Source: a candidate division WWE3 bacterium (GTDB lineage: Bacteria; Patescibacteriota; WWE3; UBA101185; UBA10185). From it: a DNA stretch of 64,000 bases. This document shows positions 47,705-57,251 of this stretch, piece by piece (positions within the stretch are counted from its first letter, which is position 1; the number at the start of each line of letters is the position of its first letter). A program made the translations under genes and the position numbers. The stretch lies in the NCBI GenBank assembly GCA_014729135.1, contig WJKK01000001.1:192593-256592 (forward strand). The letters run 5' to 3'. The notes beneath the pieces are model-generated. The model did not search any database, was not told the origin of the DNA, and worked only from the letters and a program-made list of their open reading frames with translations.

Positions 47705-48292
47705 ATGAGTAGTCGAGAAAAATCTGCCAAAAAGTTTCCAAAAATATCAAATTTCAAATTCTCTCAGGAGGACTACATCCTCTATCTTTTAAATCAACCC
47801 GCTTTAAAAGAGGCAGATTTTTACAGAATCAATAAGCTGGCCTTTTTTGTGGAATTTGGGTACATCTACAAAACATCCCGTGAACTAACTCCCCTTAAGT
47901 ACGCCGGAATTAACAAAGGCCCCGTAATAAATGACTACACTTCTCTGTTCGCTAAGATGGAAGCTAAAGGGCTTATTAAAATTTCTTCAGGGTTTAAAGT
48001 TTCTCCGCTTGTGAAGCCTTCCAAAAACCCTCCAAAGGATGTGAGAGCATGCATTGATTCCCTAATAGAGGAGTATGCATCCCTTTCAACATCTAAGCTA
48101 ATTGCTTTGTCACATGAAACAGATTCTTACAAAATAGCTACTGAAAATGAAGAAGTGATGGGTGCCGTCATAGACAAGAACCTGGCTCATTTAGAGGCAT
48201 TTTTTGAAGATTCTGCCGATCGTTTAGATGAAACGACAGTTAATGCGCTTCCTCCTGTAGAGACCGAACTTGAAGCGTATGCCTTTGGATGA
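47705..48292 (+). CDS. Panacea-domain (DUF4065, SocA-like) putative antitoxin
   Basis: NKLAFFVEFGYIYKTSRELTPLKYAGINKGPV resembles DUF4065. Overlaps the downstream RelE-like gene by 23 nt. Confidence 0.5.
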   Translation: MSSREKSAKKFPKISNFKFSQEDYILYLLNQPALKEADFYRINKLAFFVEFGYIYKTSRELTPLKYAGINKGPVINDYTSLFAKMEAKGLIKISSGFKVSPLVKPSKNPPKDVRACIDSLIEEYASLSTSKLIALSHETDSYKIATENEEVMGAVIDKNLAHLEAFFEDSADRLDETTVNALPPVETELEAYAFG

Positions 48293-48593
48293 GGCGTATA
48301 CTATTCTTGTAAGTAGAAAATTCAATAAATATGTTAAGAAAAAACTTCCTCGTTCTTTAAAAAAAGCTTTAGATCGCAAGGTAAAGTTTCTGGCTCAAAA
48401 CCCCTATCATACAAGTCTCAATACAAAAAAGTTAAAGGTTAGTCGAAGGCGTTTAAGAGACTTAGAGGTGGATCATGTTTATGAGTTTCGAATAAATATG
48501 GGATTTAGGTGTGTCTTTTACGTTAGGAATAAAACCAAAACTATTATTTTGGCTAGGGTTGGTAATCATGGGGATGTTAGGACTTGGTTTTAG
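48270..48593 (+). CDS. RelE/ParE-superfamily toxin-like protein
   Basis: Shows KKALDRKVKFLAQNPYHTSLNTKKLK....HVYEFRINMGFRCVFYVRNKTKTIILARVGNHGDV, which follows the RelE/ParE pattern. Confidence 0.5.
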   Translation: MKRMPLDEAYTILVSRKFNKYVKKKLPRSLKKALDRKVKFLAQNPYHTSLNTKKLKVSRRRLRDLEVDHVYEFRINMGFRCVFYVRNKTKTIILARVGNHGDVRTWF

Positions 48594-48733
48594 CTGTGTT
48601 TGAAGTTGTTTGGGGTTATGTTCAGATACATTCAATACACTTTTCTAATTCAAAACTAAATAAGCTATTAAAACCTTGAGCTCAAAGCAATTTCCTGTTA
48701 TTGTAATCTTGTTGTACTCAAAAGGAAAACGAC

Positions 48734-49981
48734 ATGCTTTATACAAAACTATTTGGTAAAACAAAAAAAGAAACTCCGGCGGATGAAGTAAGTAAAAGTG
48801 CGCGGCTTTTAATTCAGGCCGGTTACATTCAAAAAGAAATGGCGGGAGTCTATGCGTTTCTCCCTTTGGGGAAGCGTGTTTTAGACAACATTATTCAAGT
48901 GATCCGTGAGGAAATGGAAGCAATTGGAGGACAGGAAATCCATTTGGGGGCACTTCAGAATCCTGAAATTTGGGAAACTACGGATCGTTGGAGTGATGAG
49001 GGCATAGACGTGTGGTTTAAAACGCAACTTAAAACAGGTGCAGAAGTAGGTTTGGCTACAACACATGAGGAACCTTTAACAAAACTGGTTAGTCAGTATG
49101 TGCAGTCTTATCGGGATTTACCTGTTTATTTGTTTCAGTTTCAAACCAAATTTAGAAATGAGCTGCGTTCAAAAAGCGGAATTCTAAGGACGCGCGAGTT
49201 TATCATGAAGGACCTTTATTCCTTTAATACGACTGGAGAAGCCCTTGATACTTTCTACGAAGAAGCTCAAACGGCCTATTTTAAAGTGTTTAATCGGCTA
49301 GGGCTTGGTGACAAAACTTACCTTACATTTGCCAGTGGGGGGCCTTTTAGTAAGTATAGTCATGAATTTCAAACTATTTGCGATGCCGGCGAAGACACCA
49401 TTTACGTGGACGAGGAAAAAAAGTTAGCGGTTAATGACGAGGTTTATACAGATCAAGTTCTTCAAGATTTGGGACTTGAGAAAGAGAATCTCAAAGAAGT
49501 ACCTGCTGTAGAAGTTGGAAACATTTTTAAACTTAAAGATAAATATTCAAAGCCTTTAGGTCTAACTTATACAGATAGCTCCGGTGTAGAAAAGCCCGTT
49601 ATTATGGGAAGCTATGGTATTGGTCCTGCTCGCTGCATGGGAACAATAGTCGAGGTTTTAGCCGATAAAGAGGGAATTGTGTGGCCCGCGGAAGTAGCTC
49701 CTTTTAAAGTTCACATTGTTGGTTTAGGTTTGCAAAACGCGGAAGTAGCCGAAAAAGCGCAAAAAATCTACAAGCAACTCCAGCAGGAAAAAGTAGAAGT
49801 TCTTTTTGACGATCGCGCCGATGTTAGCGCCGGTGAAAAATTTGCCGATGCAGATTTAATAGGCATTCCCTACCGTTTAGTAGTTTCCGGCAAGACCTCC
49901 GAGAAAATAGAATTTAAAGCGCGCAATGAAACAGAAGCAAAAATGTTAACTCTGCCTGAAATTCTGGCAGAAATTAGCTAG
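48734..49981 (+). CDS. proS: Prolyl-tRNA synthetase (short, editing-domain-less form)
   Basis: Class II aaRS. LIQAGYIQK..GVYAFLPLG..V and QFQTKFRNELRSKSGILRTREFIMKDLYSF (motif 2) are present, with an anticodon-binding C-terminus. Confidence 0.85.
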   Translation: MLYTKLFGKTKKETPADEVSKSARLLIQAGYIQKEMAGVYAFLPLGKRVLDNIIQVIREEMEAIGGQEIHLGALQNPEIWETTDRWSDEGIDVWFKTQLKTGAEVGLATTHEEPLTKLVSQYVQSYRDLPVYLFQFQTKFRNELRSKSGILRTREFIMKDLYSFNTTGEALDTFYEEAQTAYFKVFNRLGLGDKTYLTFASGGPFSKYSHEFQTICDAGEDTIYVDEEKKLAVNDEVYTDQVLQDLGLEKENLKEVPAVEVGNIFKLKDKYSKPLGLTYTDSSGVEKPVIMGSYGIGPARCMGTIVEVLADKEGIVWPAEVAPFKVHIVGLGLQNAEVAEKAQKIYKQLQQEKVEVLFDDRADVSAGEKFADADLIGIPYRLVVSGKTSEKIEFKARNETEAKMLTLPEILAEIS

Positions 49982-50008
49982 CCTTTGCCGTATAATTAAA
50001 CTAAATCC

Positions 50009-51508
50009 ATGCCCATTCAAGAACAGCAATTAAACAATAAGCAGCACGCCGTTCCCCAAAACATTATGCAAGTGGAGTTTAAGCTAATTGGGGAGTTGAC
50101 GATGCGTCAGTTTGTTTATGTGGCGGTTTTCGCTGTAGCAGCTTACATGGCTAAGCTGTCTGTTCCGCAGCCTTTTACTTGGTTTTTTGTGATTGGTTTG
50201 GCCTTAACGGGATTGGCTTTGGCTTTTGTGCCTTTTGAGGAGCGGGGTTTAGACGAATGGATTGTAAACTTTTTAACTGCAATTAGTTCCCCCACGGAGC
50301 GGATTTGGCGTAAGGAAGCGGAGGTTCCTTCGGTTTTTGCTTATGAGCAGAATCTTAGGTTTGTTCAGCAGGAGATGATTACGTTGGCTCCAACGGCAAG
50401 TCGTCGTAAGTTGGAGGAGTTTTTGCATCAGCGTAAAACTCAGGTTGATGATGACGATTATCTTGACATTCCCGAGCAGGAGTATATTGACAAGGTTCGC
50501 GAGGCTTTTAAGGATGTTGAGGAGGTTTCAGAGGAGGGTTTTGAGGGAGAGACTATGGAGTCTTCTGTTAAGGTAACCCATGAAATGGAGCAAGAGGAGT
50601 TAGAGATGCAGGAAATGCAAGAGCATTCTGACCAACCGGAGCAGGGGGAGCTTGAGGAGAAGCCGGAAATAGAACAAGAGGTACCTCAGAGTCAAGAGGA
50701 GGAGTTGAAAGAAGAGCAACTCCCACAGGAATCTCCTGTTGAGAAGGTTCAGGAGGAAGAAAAAGTGCAAGCAGCTGAGGTTCTTCAGGAGGCTTCGCAA
50801 CAGGAACCTCCCGCAATAGAAAAGGCAAAGGCCACAGTGCAGCAGGTTCAAACGAAAACGCCTTCTGCTGCAGCATCAAAAACACAGGAATCTCAAAAAA
50901 CAAAGCAGCAAGCAGAAAAACAGGACAAAATGTCCAAACTAATTCAATCTCGCTTAAAGAAGTCTCGTCTTAAACCGCTAGATGAAGGAAAGTCAGGTCA
51001 AGCACAGCTTCGTCCGGTGTCCACACACTCCGGAAGGAAATTTGTGAACCTAACTCCCGGGCAAGGTGAAATTATACTCCCAATTAGGGGAGAAAAAGTT
51101 CTTCCCACAGTAGAAGAAACTGAACGACAACTTTCGGAAAAAACTAAGAAATTGCAGCAGCTTTTGGATAAGGACGGCAAAGACGATGGTGCCAAAGATG
51201 GCAAAAAACTTCATGTTCGAAAAATCCCTTCGCTAGTTCAACGCCCCAATGTTTTATCAGGGGTTGTAAAAAATCGCAAGGATGAATATTTGGAAAACGT
51301 TGTAGTTGTAGTTAAAAATGAAGAAGGCGAACCGGTACGAGCTCTAAAAACCGACAAACTAGGCAAATTCTTAATTTCATCGCCGCTTCCAAACGGCAAT
51401 TACAAAATTGAGGTTGACAAGACAAATGAAACCAGCCTTTCCTTTGATATAATTCCTTTTAAGGTCGAGGGAGGTGTTTTGCCTTCTTACGAAATTATAG
51501 GTCGTTAA
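50009..51508 (+). CDS. Membrane protein with 2 N-terminal TM helices, long E/Q-rich low-complexity linker and C-terminal CarboxypepD_reg/PEGA-like beta domain
   Basis: TM segments near the N-terminus. Acidic repeat region (EEQ/QEE). C-terminal VVKNEEGEPV...GNYKIEV. Confidence 0.4.
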   Translation: MPIQEQQLNNKQHAVPQNIMQVEFKLIGELTMRQFVYVAVFAVAAYMAKLSVPQPFTWFFVIGLALTGLALAFVPFEERGLDEWIVNFLTAISSPTERIWRKEAEVPSVFAYEQNLRFVQQEMITLAPTASRRKLEEFLHQRKTQVDDDDYLDIPEQEYIDKVREAFKDVEEVSEEGFEGETMESSVKVTHEMEQEELEMQEMQEHSDQPEQGELEEKPEIEQEVPQSQEEELKEEQLPQESPVEKVQEEEKVQAAEVLQEASQQEPPAIEKAKATVQQVQTKTPSAAASKTQESQKTKQQAEKQDKMSKLIQSRLKKSRLKPLDEGKSGQAQLRPVSTHSGRKFVNLTPGQGEIILPIRGEKVLPTVEETERQLSEKTKKLQQLLDKDGKDDGAKDGKKLHVRKIPSLVQRPNVLSGVVKNRKDEYLENVVVVVKNEEGEPVRALKTDKLGKFLISSPLPNGNYKIEVDKTNETSLSFDIIPFKVEGGVLPSYEIIGR

Positions 51509-51511
51509 AAT

Positions 51512-52210
51512 ATGCCCAACATAACTGCCACAACACAACAACATTTAGACATTGAGGACATTCGGGATGATTTGGTAGTTTTAAAAAATGGGTCAGTGGC
51601 AGGTGTTTTAAAAACAACCGCAGTAAACTTTGATCTTCTTTCCGAAATTGAGCAGGATGCCATTATTGCAGCTTTTTCCATGCTTATTAATTCCATTACC
51701 TTCCCCATTCAGATTGTAATTCGGTCAAAAAAGCTTGATATTTCGGGCTATTTGGAAAAGGTGGTTCAGGTGGAAAATAAGATTGAGGATAAGTTACTGA
51801 AGCACCAGGCAGAGGCTTATCGTCGTTTTGTTCAGGAGACGATTCAGCAAAATGAGGTTTTGGATAAAAAGTTTTACATCATTATTTCCACAAATAAGCC
51901 TATCAGTAAGGAAGGTAGTGCTAATCCATTTGAGTTTTTCACTCGTTTGTTTGGGATGCATACTAAACGTAGGAGTTTTAACGTTGACAAGTCTTTGCGG
52001 GATGCAAAAATGGAGCTTGAGCCTAAATTGGGACATGTCCAAAAGGAGTTTCGCCGAATTGGAGTTAAGGCTGAGAAGTTGACTACTCAGGAATTAGTTG
52101 AGCTTTATTTTGATATTTACAATCCTAGTGCGGTGCATGGTCAGCGGATTCAGACGGATATAAATGATTATCAGACGGCTATAGTTAATCCGGCAATTTT
52201 TGAGGAGTAG
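51512..52210 (+). CDS. Hypothetical protein immediately upstream of virB4-like gene (possible T4SS accessory component)
   Basis: 232 aa, only 4 nt after the preceding gene. Contains DIRDDLVVLKNGSVAGVLK..VNFDLLSEIEQDAII. Confidence 0.3.
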   Translation: MPNITATTQQHLDIEDIRDDLVVLKNGSVAGVLKTTAVNFDLLSEIEQDAIIAAFSMLINSITFPIQIVIRSKKLDISGYLEKVVQVENKIEDKLLKHQAEAYRRFVQETIQQNEVLDKKFYIIISTNKPISKEGSANPFEFFTRLFGMHTKRRSFNVDKSLRDAKMELEPKLGHVQKEFRRIGVKAEKLTTQELVELYFDIYNPSAVHGQRIQTDINDYQTAIVNPAIFEE

Positions 52211-52275
52211 TTGGTTTTTAGAAACGTCATTCCGTGCTTGACACTGAATCAAGGAACCAAAAAGAAAAATAAAAA

Positions 52276-54717
52276 ATGAACATACCGTTTTTAAACAAGA
52301 AAAAAGAAGATAAAGCAGCAGAAAATCCGGGAGAGCAAATGGAAAACAAAGAGCCTGCAGAAACTCTAGCAGAAGGCATGGTAAACATTCAGGACATCAT
52401 TGCTCCTTCTGCAATTGAAGTTGATTTTAACCATATAAAAGTAGGTAACTCTTATTACAGAACGCTTTTTGTTTCAGGTTATCCTCGATTTGTAGGCGCT
52501 AACTGGCTGGCTCCCGTAATTAACTTTGAACACACGCTGGACATTTCCATGTTCTACTATCCGGTGAAAGCCAAAATGATTTTGGATGATTTGCGTCGTA
52601 AGATCACGGAGCTTGAGGCCACTTCCATGTCGGACCGCGAAAAAGGCAAGCTAACAGATCCCGCGGTTAAAGCTGCCCTCGAAGACGCCAATGCTTTACA
52701 AGAACAGCTGGTAAAAGGTATAGAAAAGTACTTTCAGTTTTCGTTTTACATTACAATTCCGGCATCGTCACTAGAAGAACTTAACAACGTTACAGCCAAA
52801 CTGGAATCCACGCTAGGTTCGCTGCTTCTAATCTCAAAGACGTCTACACTCCAAATGGAAGAGGCCTTTCAGTCGACGGTTCCAACAGGAATGGACAAAC
52901 TTCTAATTACTCGAAATATGGATACAACAAGTTTGGCTACAACTTTCCCATTTACGTCATCTGAGCTGACAATGGATGAAGGCATTATGTATGGGATTAA
53001 TCGGCACAATGGTTCGCTTATCATTTTTGATCGGTTTTCGCTGGAAAACGCTAACTCGGTAGTTTTTGCTAAATCCGGTTCAGGTAAGTCTTATTTTGTA
53101 AAGCTGGAAGCGTTGCGGTTAATGGTTTTTGGTGCAGAAGTCATGATTATTGATCCTGAAGAAGAGTATCGTACTTTGTGTGAAGCCGTAGGTGGAAACT
53201 ATATTGACTTCTCCGCAAATTCTCCGCAAAAGATTAATCCCTTTGACCTGTCAGGCATTGCGGTTGAGGGTGAAAATGAGCTTGGTCAAAAGCTGCTGTC
53301 GCTTCATACGCTGCTGAAGTTAATGATGGGGGATTTGAATCCTACGGAGGAGGCCATTCTGGACCGTGCTTTAATAGAGACTTATCGTCTAAAGGGAATT
53401 ACTTCCGATCCGGATACGCAAATGACAAAGGAGCCTCCGGTTATGGAGGATTTGTACAAAGTGCTTTTAGGCTCTGCAGAGGAGGAAGCTCATGGGATGG
53501 CGGAGCGTTTGGAGAAGTATGTTCGCGGGTCGTTGGCGGGAATCTTTGATTCGCAGACTTCTGTTGACCTAAATAGTGGAATGACTGTCTTTTCAACCAA
53601 GAATTTAGAGGAGCTTTTGCGACCCATTGCTTTTTACATTATTTTGGACTTTGTTTGGACTACGATTCGTCGCGATTTGAAAAAGCGTATTCTAATTGTT
53701 GAGGAGGCGTGGTACTTGATGGAAAATGAGGATAGTGCTCGCTTTATTTATGGTATTGCTAAGCGTGCTCGTAAGTATTACTTGGGGTTAACAACGATTT
53801 CCCAGGACGTTGACGACTTTTTGAAGTCTGAGTACGGAAAGGCTATTGTTACGAACTCTTCAATCCAGGTTTTGCTAAAGCAGCATCCGGCAGCTATTGA
53901 TTTGGTGGCAGAGACGTTTTACCTGTCAGAAGGAGAGAAGCGTTTGTTACTTGGTGCCGGTTTAGGTGAGGGGTTGTTTTTTGCAGGTACAAATCACGTA
54001 GCTATTCGTATTAAGGCTTCCCCGGAGGAGCATAAGTTGATTACGACAAATCCGAAGGAGCTTTTGAAGTTGCGTAAGGAGGGGATTATTGAGGAGAAGA
54101 AAAAGACGACTCCGCAGAAGAAGTACAAGTCTTTTAAGCCAACGGATACGGATAAGTATGAGACGTTTGATGAGAGTGGTAAGCCCAAGGAAGGATATAA
54201 GCCTCAAAGTAAGGAGGTCAAGTCAAAGTCATCTCAGGCGCAGGGATCTAAGAGCATCGCCTCGAATTCACCACAAGCACAGAATAATGTCATCCCGGAC
54301 TCGATCCGGGATCAACCTTCCAAAGAGGTCGCCTCGAAAGAAATGTTGCAGCGCCCCGCTCCGGAGAAGGCTCCCCAGAAGACGGACCTGCCTCCTCCAA
54401 CAAAGCCCCCAAAGCCCCCGGAAATTAAACCACCGGAAATAAAGCCGCTTGAGATAAAAAAATCACAAAATCACAGTAATGCGCAGGGCACTCCAAGGCA
54501 GCAACCGCAGAAACAAACCCCAGCGAAAAAACCTGCCGATAATAATACAGTGAAGCCCCCGCAAAGAGAACAGCCTCAACCACAGCCACAGACACAAGCG
54601 GAAAAGCAAAAGCCAAGTGAAACCACCATAATTGATCAAATGAACACATTGCGCCCGCAGAAAGGCGACTCTGCCGGTAGTATAGACCTAAAACCTCCTC
54701 AAAATAATAACCAATGA
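52276..54717 (+). CDS. virB4: VirB4/TrsE/TcpF-like type IV secretion (conjugative transfer) ATPase
   Basis: N-terminal VirB4-type domain (GNSYYRTLFVSGYP..WL), Walker A AKSGSGKS, IIDPEEEY motif, and Walker B ILIVEEAW. C-terminal Pro/Lys/Gln-rich tail with PPEIKP repeats. Confidence 0.75.
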   Translation: MNIPFLNKKKEDKAAENPGEQMENKEPAETLAEGMVNIQDIIAPSAIEVDFNHIKVGNSYYRTLFVSGYPRFVGANWLAPVINFEHTLDISMFYYPVKAKMILDDLRRKITELEATSMSDREKGKLTDPAVKAALEDANALQEQLVKGIEKYFQFSFYITIPASSLEELNNVTAKLESTLGSLLLISKTSTLQMEEAFQSTVPTGMDKLLITRNMDTTSLATTFPFTSSELTMDEGIMYGINRHNGSLIIFDRFSLENANSVVFAKSGSGKSYFVKLEALRLMVFGAEVMIIDPEEEYRTLCEAVGGNYIDFSANSPQKINPFDLSGIAVEGENELGQKLLSLHTLLKLMMGDLNPTEEAILDRALIETYRLKGITSDPDTQMTKEPPVMEDLYKVLLGSAEEEAHGMAERLEKYVRGSLAGIFDSQTSVDLNSGMTVFSTKNLEELLRPIAFYIILDFVWTTIRRDLKKRILIVEEAWYLMENEDSARFIYGIAKRARKYYLGLTTISQDVDDFLKSEYGKAIVTNSSIQVLLKQHPAAIDLVAETFYLSEGEKRLLLGAGLGEGLFFAGTNHVAIRIKASPEEHKLITTNPKELLKLRKEGIIEEKKKTTPQKKYKSFKPTDTDKYETFDESGKPKEGYKPQSKEVKSKSSQAQGSKSIASNSPQAQNNVIPDSIRDQPSKEVASKEMLQRPAPEKAPQKTDLPPPTKPPKPPEIKPPEIKPLEIKKSQNHSNAQGTPRQQPQKQTPAKKPADNNTVKPPQREQPQPQPQTQAEKQKPSETTIIDQMNTLRPQKGDSAGSIDLKPPQNNNQ

Positions 54718-55412
54718 TCGGCTTGGTTTACGGAAAAAACGACCTTGCAATTCAAAAGGCGTTAAAAACTCTGAAAACAAAAATAGACCCTCAAGAAAAA
54801 ATTGAACTAAATTTAGAAGATCTTGAGCCCACTCATTTTGCAGATTCCGTTTTAACGCCCAACATGTTTGGTTTCAAAAATTTAGTTGTAGCTAATGCGG
54901 ATGGCGTTGCCCAAAAGGAGTTCCTAAAGTTTATTGAAATTGCAGGAAGAGCGCCGGCGGAAACTTCCGTTGTTTTTGTGCTGCCTAAATCGCTGCGAAG
55001 TAACAGCAAGATTATCAAGGCAGTAAAAGCTTTTAAGGATGCCGAAATAATTAAGGTGGAGGAAGAAAAAGACTCCATTATTTTTGACTTTTTAGATGCG
55101 GTTTTTAATAAGAATCGACCAAAGGCATATGCAAGTTTAAAAAAGCTTCAGGACAAGGAAGAACCTCCGTTTAAAACGCATTCAATGTTAGTTTATCAGT
55201 TGCGAAATGTAGCAAAAACTAAGTTTGGGGCAAAAGTTTCGGCGCCTCCCTTTGTAAAGCGCAAGTTGGCAAAACAGGCGGAGAAGTTTTCGCAGGAGGA
55301 TTTGCTGGCTTTATACACTCATTTTTATGAAACTGATAGGGATATGAAATTGGGTTTGGTTCCTGATAACGTTTTAAATGTGGTGAGTACGGAGAAGGTA
55401 TTGGAGGTTTAG
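54714..55412 (+). CDS. holA: DNA polymerase III delta subunit-like (HolA), short
   Basis: N-terminus LVYGKNDLAIQKALKTLKTKI...NLEDLEP...MFGFKNLVV aligns with the HolA N-domain pattern (YG, NLS..DLE, FG..RLVV). ATGA overlap with virB4. Confidence 0.5.
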   Translation: MIGLVYGKNDLAIQKALKTLKTKIDPQEKIELNLEDLEPTHFADSVLTPNMFGFKNLVVANADGVAQKEFLKFIEIAGRAPAETSVVFVLPKSLRSNSKIIKAVKAFKDAEIIKVEEEKDSIIFDFLDAVFNKNRPKAYASLKKLQDKEEPPFKTHSMLVYQLRNVAKTKFGAKVSAPPFVKRKLAKQAEKFSQEDLLALYTHFYETDRDMKLGLVPDNVLNVVSTEKVLEV

Positions 55413-55460
55413 GAGGAGCTTTGTGTTTAAGGCGCTTAGCCAACGGAGGTTTAGAAGCAA

Positions 55461-56201
55461 ATGTTTAAAAAGAAGGTTTACATAAAAGACGAGTCGTTTG
55501 ATCCCATTTATAAAGCGCGTAGTAAGAATTTCATGCTTAAAAGTCGCCTCATTCCGGTTACGCTGATTTTGGGGGGCTTGTCATTGCTTGGTTCGCAGGT
55601 GGTTTTTCCTTTGGTTTACTTTACGACTCAGGAGGATAAGGTGCAGACACAGCAGGCTAAAAAGGTGGAGTCTAGTGTTTTAGGTGCGGTTAGTGGCTTT
55701 AAGGATTTTGAGTTTGAGGAGTTGTCGGAGGAGGGGGTTGATACAGGAGTAGCTGAGGAGTCCCCGAAAGATTTACCGAAGTTTTTCACACTTTCTATTC
55801 CGGCCTTGGGCATAGAGGATGCTTTAGTTGAGGTTAATGCTGCTTCCCTGGATCCAAAGGAGGCTTTGGGGCATTATCCCGGTTCAGGATTGCCGGGAGA
55901 AACCGGGAATAGCTTTATTTTTGGGCACTCGGTTCTTCCCTGGTTTTTTAATCCCAAAAATTACAAGACTATCTTTTCAACGTTGGATCAGCTTAAAGTG
56001 GGAGATGAGATTTTTATTGAGTTTAATGGAGCGCGTTTAACTTATCGTGTGGAGACTTCGGAAATTTTGTATCCCGATCAGGTGGCTCCTTTAAAGGAAG
56101 TGAAACCTGACTTTTTAAATGAGTCTACGATAACGCTTATGACGTGTGTTCCTCCGGGGACTAAGATGAAGCGTCTCCTTGTTCATGCGGTTTTGGAGTA
56201 A
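55461..56201 (+). CDS. Sortase family transpeptidase
   Basis: N-terminal TM anchor, FGHS (His), TLMTC (catalytic Cys) and a conserved Arg near the C-terminus. Confidence 0.7.
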   Translation: MFKKKVYIKDESFDPIYKARSKNFMLKSRLIPVTLILGGLSLLGSQVVFPLVYFTTQEDKVQTQQAKKVESSVLGAVSGFKDFEFEELSEEGVDTGVAEESPKDLPKFFTLSIPALGIEDALVEVNAASLDPKEALGHYPGSGLPGETGNSFIFGHSVLPWFFNPKNYKTIFSTLDQLKVGDEIFIEFNGARLTYRVETSEILYPDQVAPLKEVKPDFLNESTITLMTCVPPGTKMKRLLVHAVLE

Positions 56202-56207
56202 GGGGTC

Positions 56208-57251
56208 TTAGGCAATCGTAGAAACTTCCGAAGACTTCTTAAAAATATCCTCAATCATCTCCTCCAGTGGAATTGACACAATATCAATATCCAAAACACT
56301 TGTATGTTCTATAACAGTAGTAATAAGTTGCGAAGCTTCCTCTTTTTTAACCTCATAAACAAGCGCATCCTCCTCCGGAATTTCCTCCACAATCTCTGCA
56401 TAACAAACCTCTACTTTTTCCGGCGCCTTTTCAAAATAAAACTTAATAAATTTGCGTTGATTATATTCAGCCATCAACTTTTCAAGATAGTCGTCATATA
56501 CTTTACGCCCTTCATTAATAACAATAACGCGATCGCAAACTTTTTCCACGTCGTCCATGTCATGGCTGGTTAAAATTAACGTGATATTTGAATTGTGTTG
56601 TATATCTCTTAAGAAAGTTCGAATATTCTTCTTTGAGGTTATGTCCAGGCCTATTGTAGGCTCATCCAGAAAAAGTACTTTAGGTCTGTGCAGGATTGCT
56701 CCAATAAGCTCCATTTTCATGCGTTCTCCCAAAGAGAGTTTTCGTACACGTTTGTTCAAAAGTTTTTTAATGTCTAAAAGTTCTGCAAGTTGATTTAAGT
56801 TTTTCTTATATTCAGAATCTTCCAGCTGATAAATGCTTTTAATAAAGTCAAAATTTTGTTGTCCTGTTAAATCCCACGAGAGTCCCGATTTATTACCCAT
56901 AACAAGCCCTATTTGCCTTAAAAACTCTCGATTTCTTTTAAAAGGGGTATATCCCAATACTTTTGCCTCTCCTTCAGAGGGGTAAATTAATCCCGTGAGC
57001 ATTTTTGTAGTAGTAGTTTTCCCTGCTCCATTAGGCCCGAGAAAAGCCAAAGATTCTCCCTCTTCCACCTCAAAGCTGATGTTTTTTACAGCTTCCACAT
57101 GTTTGTAATTGGGTTTAAAGATTCCCGTTACAATGTTTTTATTGGTTCTGATTTTAAAGTTTTTTGTTAGGTTTTTAACTTGTACTGCTTTTTCCATTTT
57201 AGTATGTTTCTTTTGCCTAAGAGGAGGCTGATGAGTATTTTCGTAGAGCAA
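56208..57251 (-). CDS. ABC transporter ATP-binding protein (ABC-2 type)
   Basis: Walker A GPNGAGKTT, signature LSLGERMK, Walker B LFLDEPT. Confidence 0.85.
   Translation of the reverse strand: MLYENTHQPPLRQKKHTKMEKAVQVKNLTKNFKIRTNKNIVTGIFKPNYKHVEAVKNISFEVEEGESLAFLGPNGAGKTTTTKMLTGLIYPSEGEAKVLGYTPFKRNREFLRQIGLVMGNKSGLSWDLTGQQNFDFIKSIYQLEDSEYKKNLNQLAELLDIKKLLNKRVRKLSLGERMKMELIGAILHRPKVLFLDEPTIGLDITSKKNIRTFLRDIQHNSNITLILTSHDMDDVEKVCDRVIVINEGRKVYDDYLEKLMAEYNQRKFIKFYFEKAPEKVEVCYAEIVEEIPEEDALVYEVKKEEASQLITTVIEHTSVLDIDIVSIPLEEMIEDIFKKSSEVSTIA

Noticed and set aside
48594-48733. Possible T-box leader upstream of proS
   Set aside because: The leader is only ~140 nt and lacks the conserved T-box sequence or an antiterminator/terminator pair.
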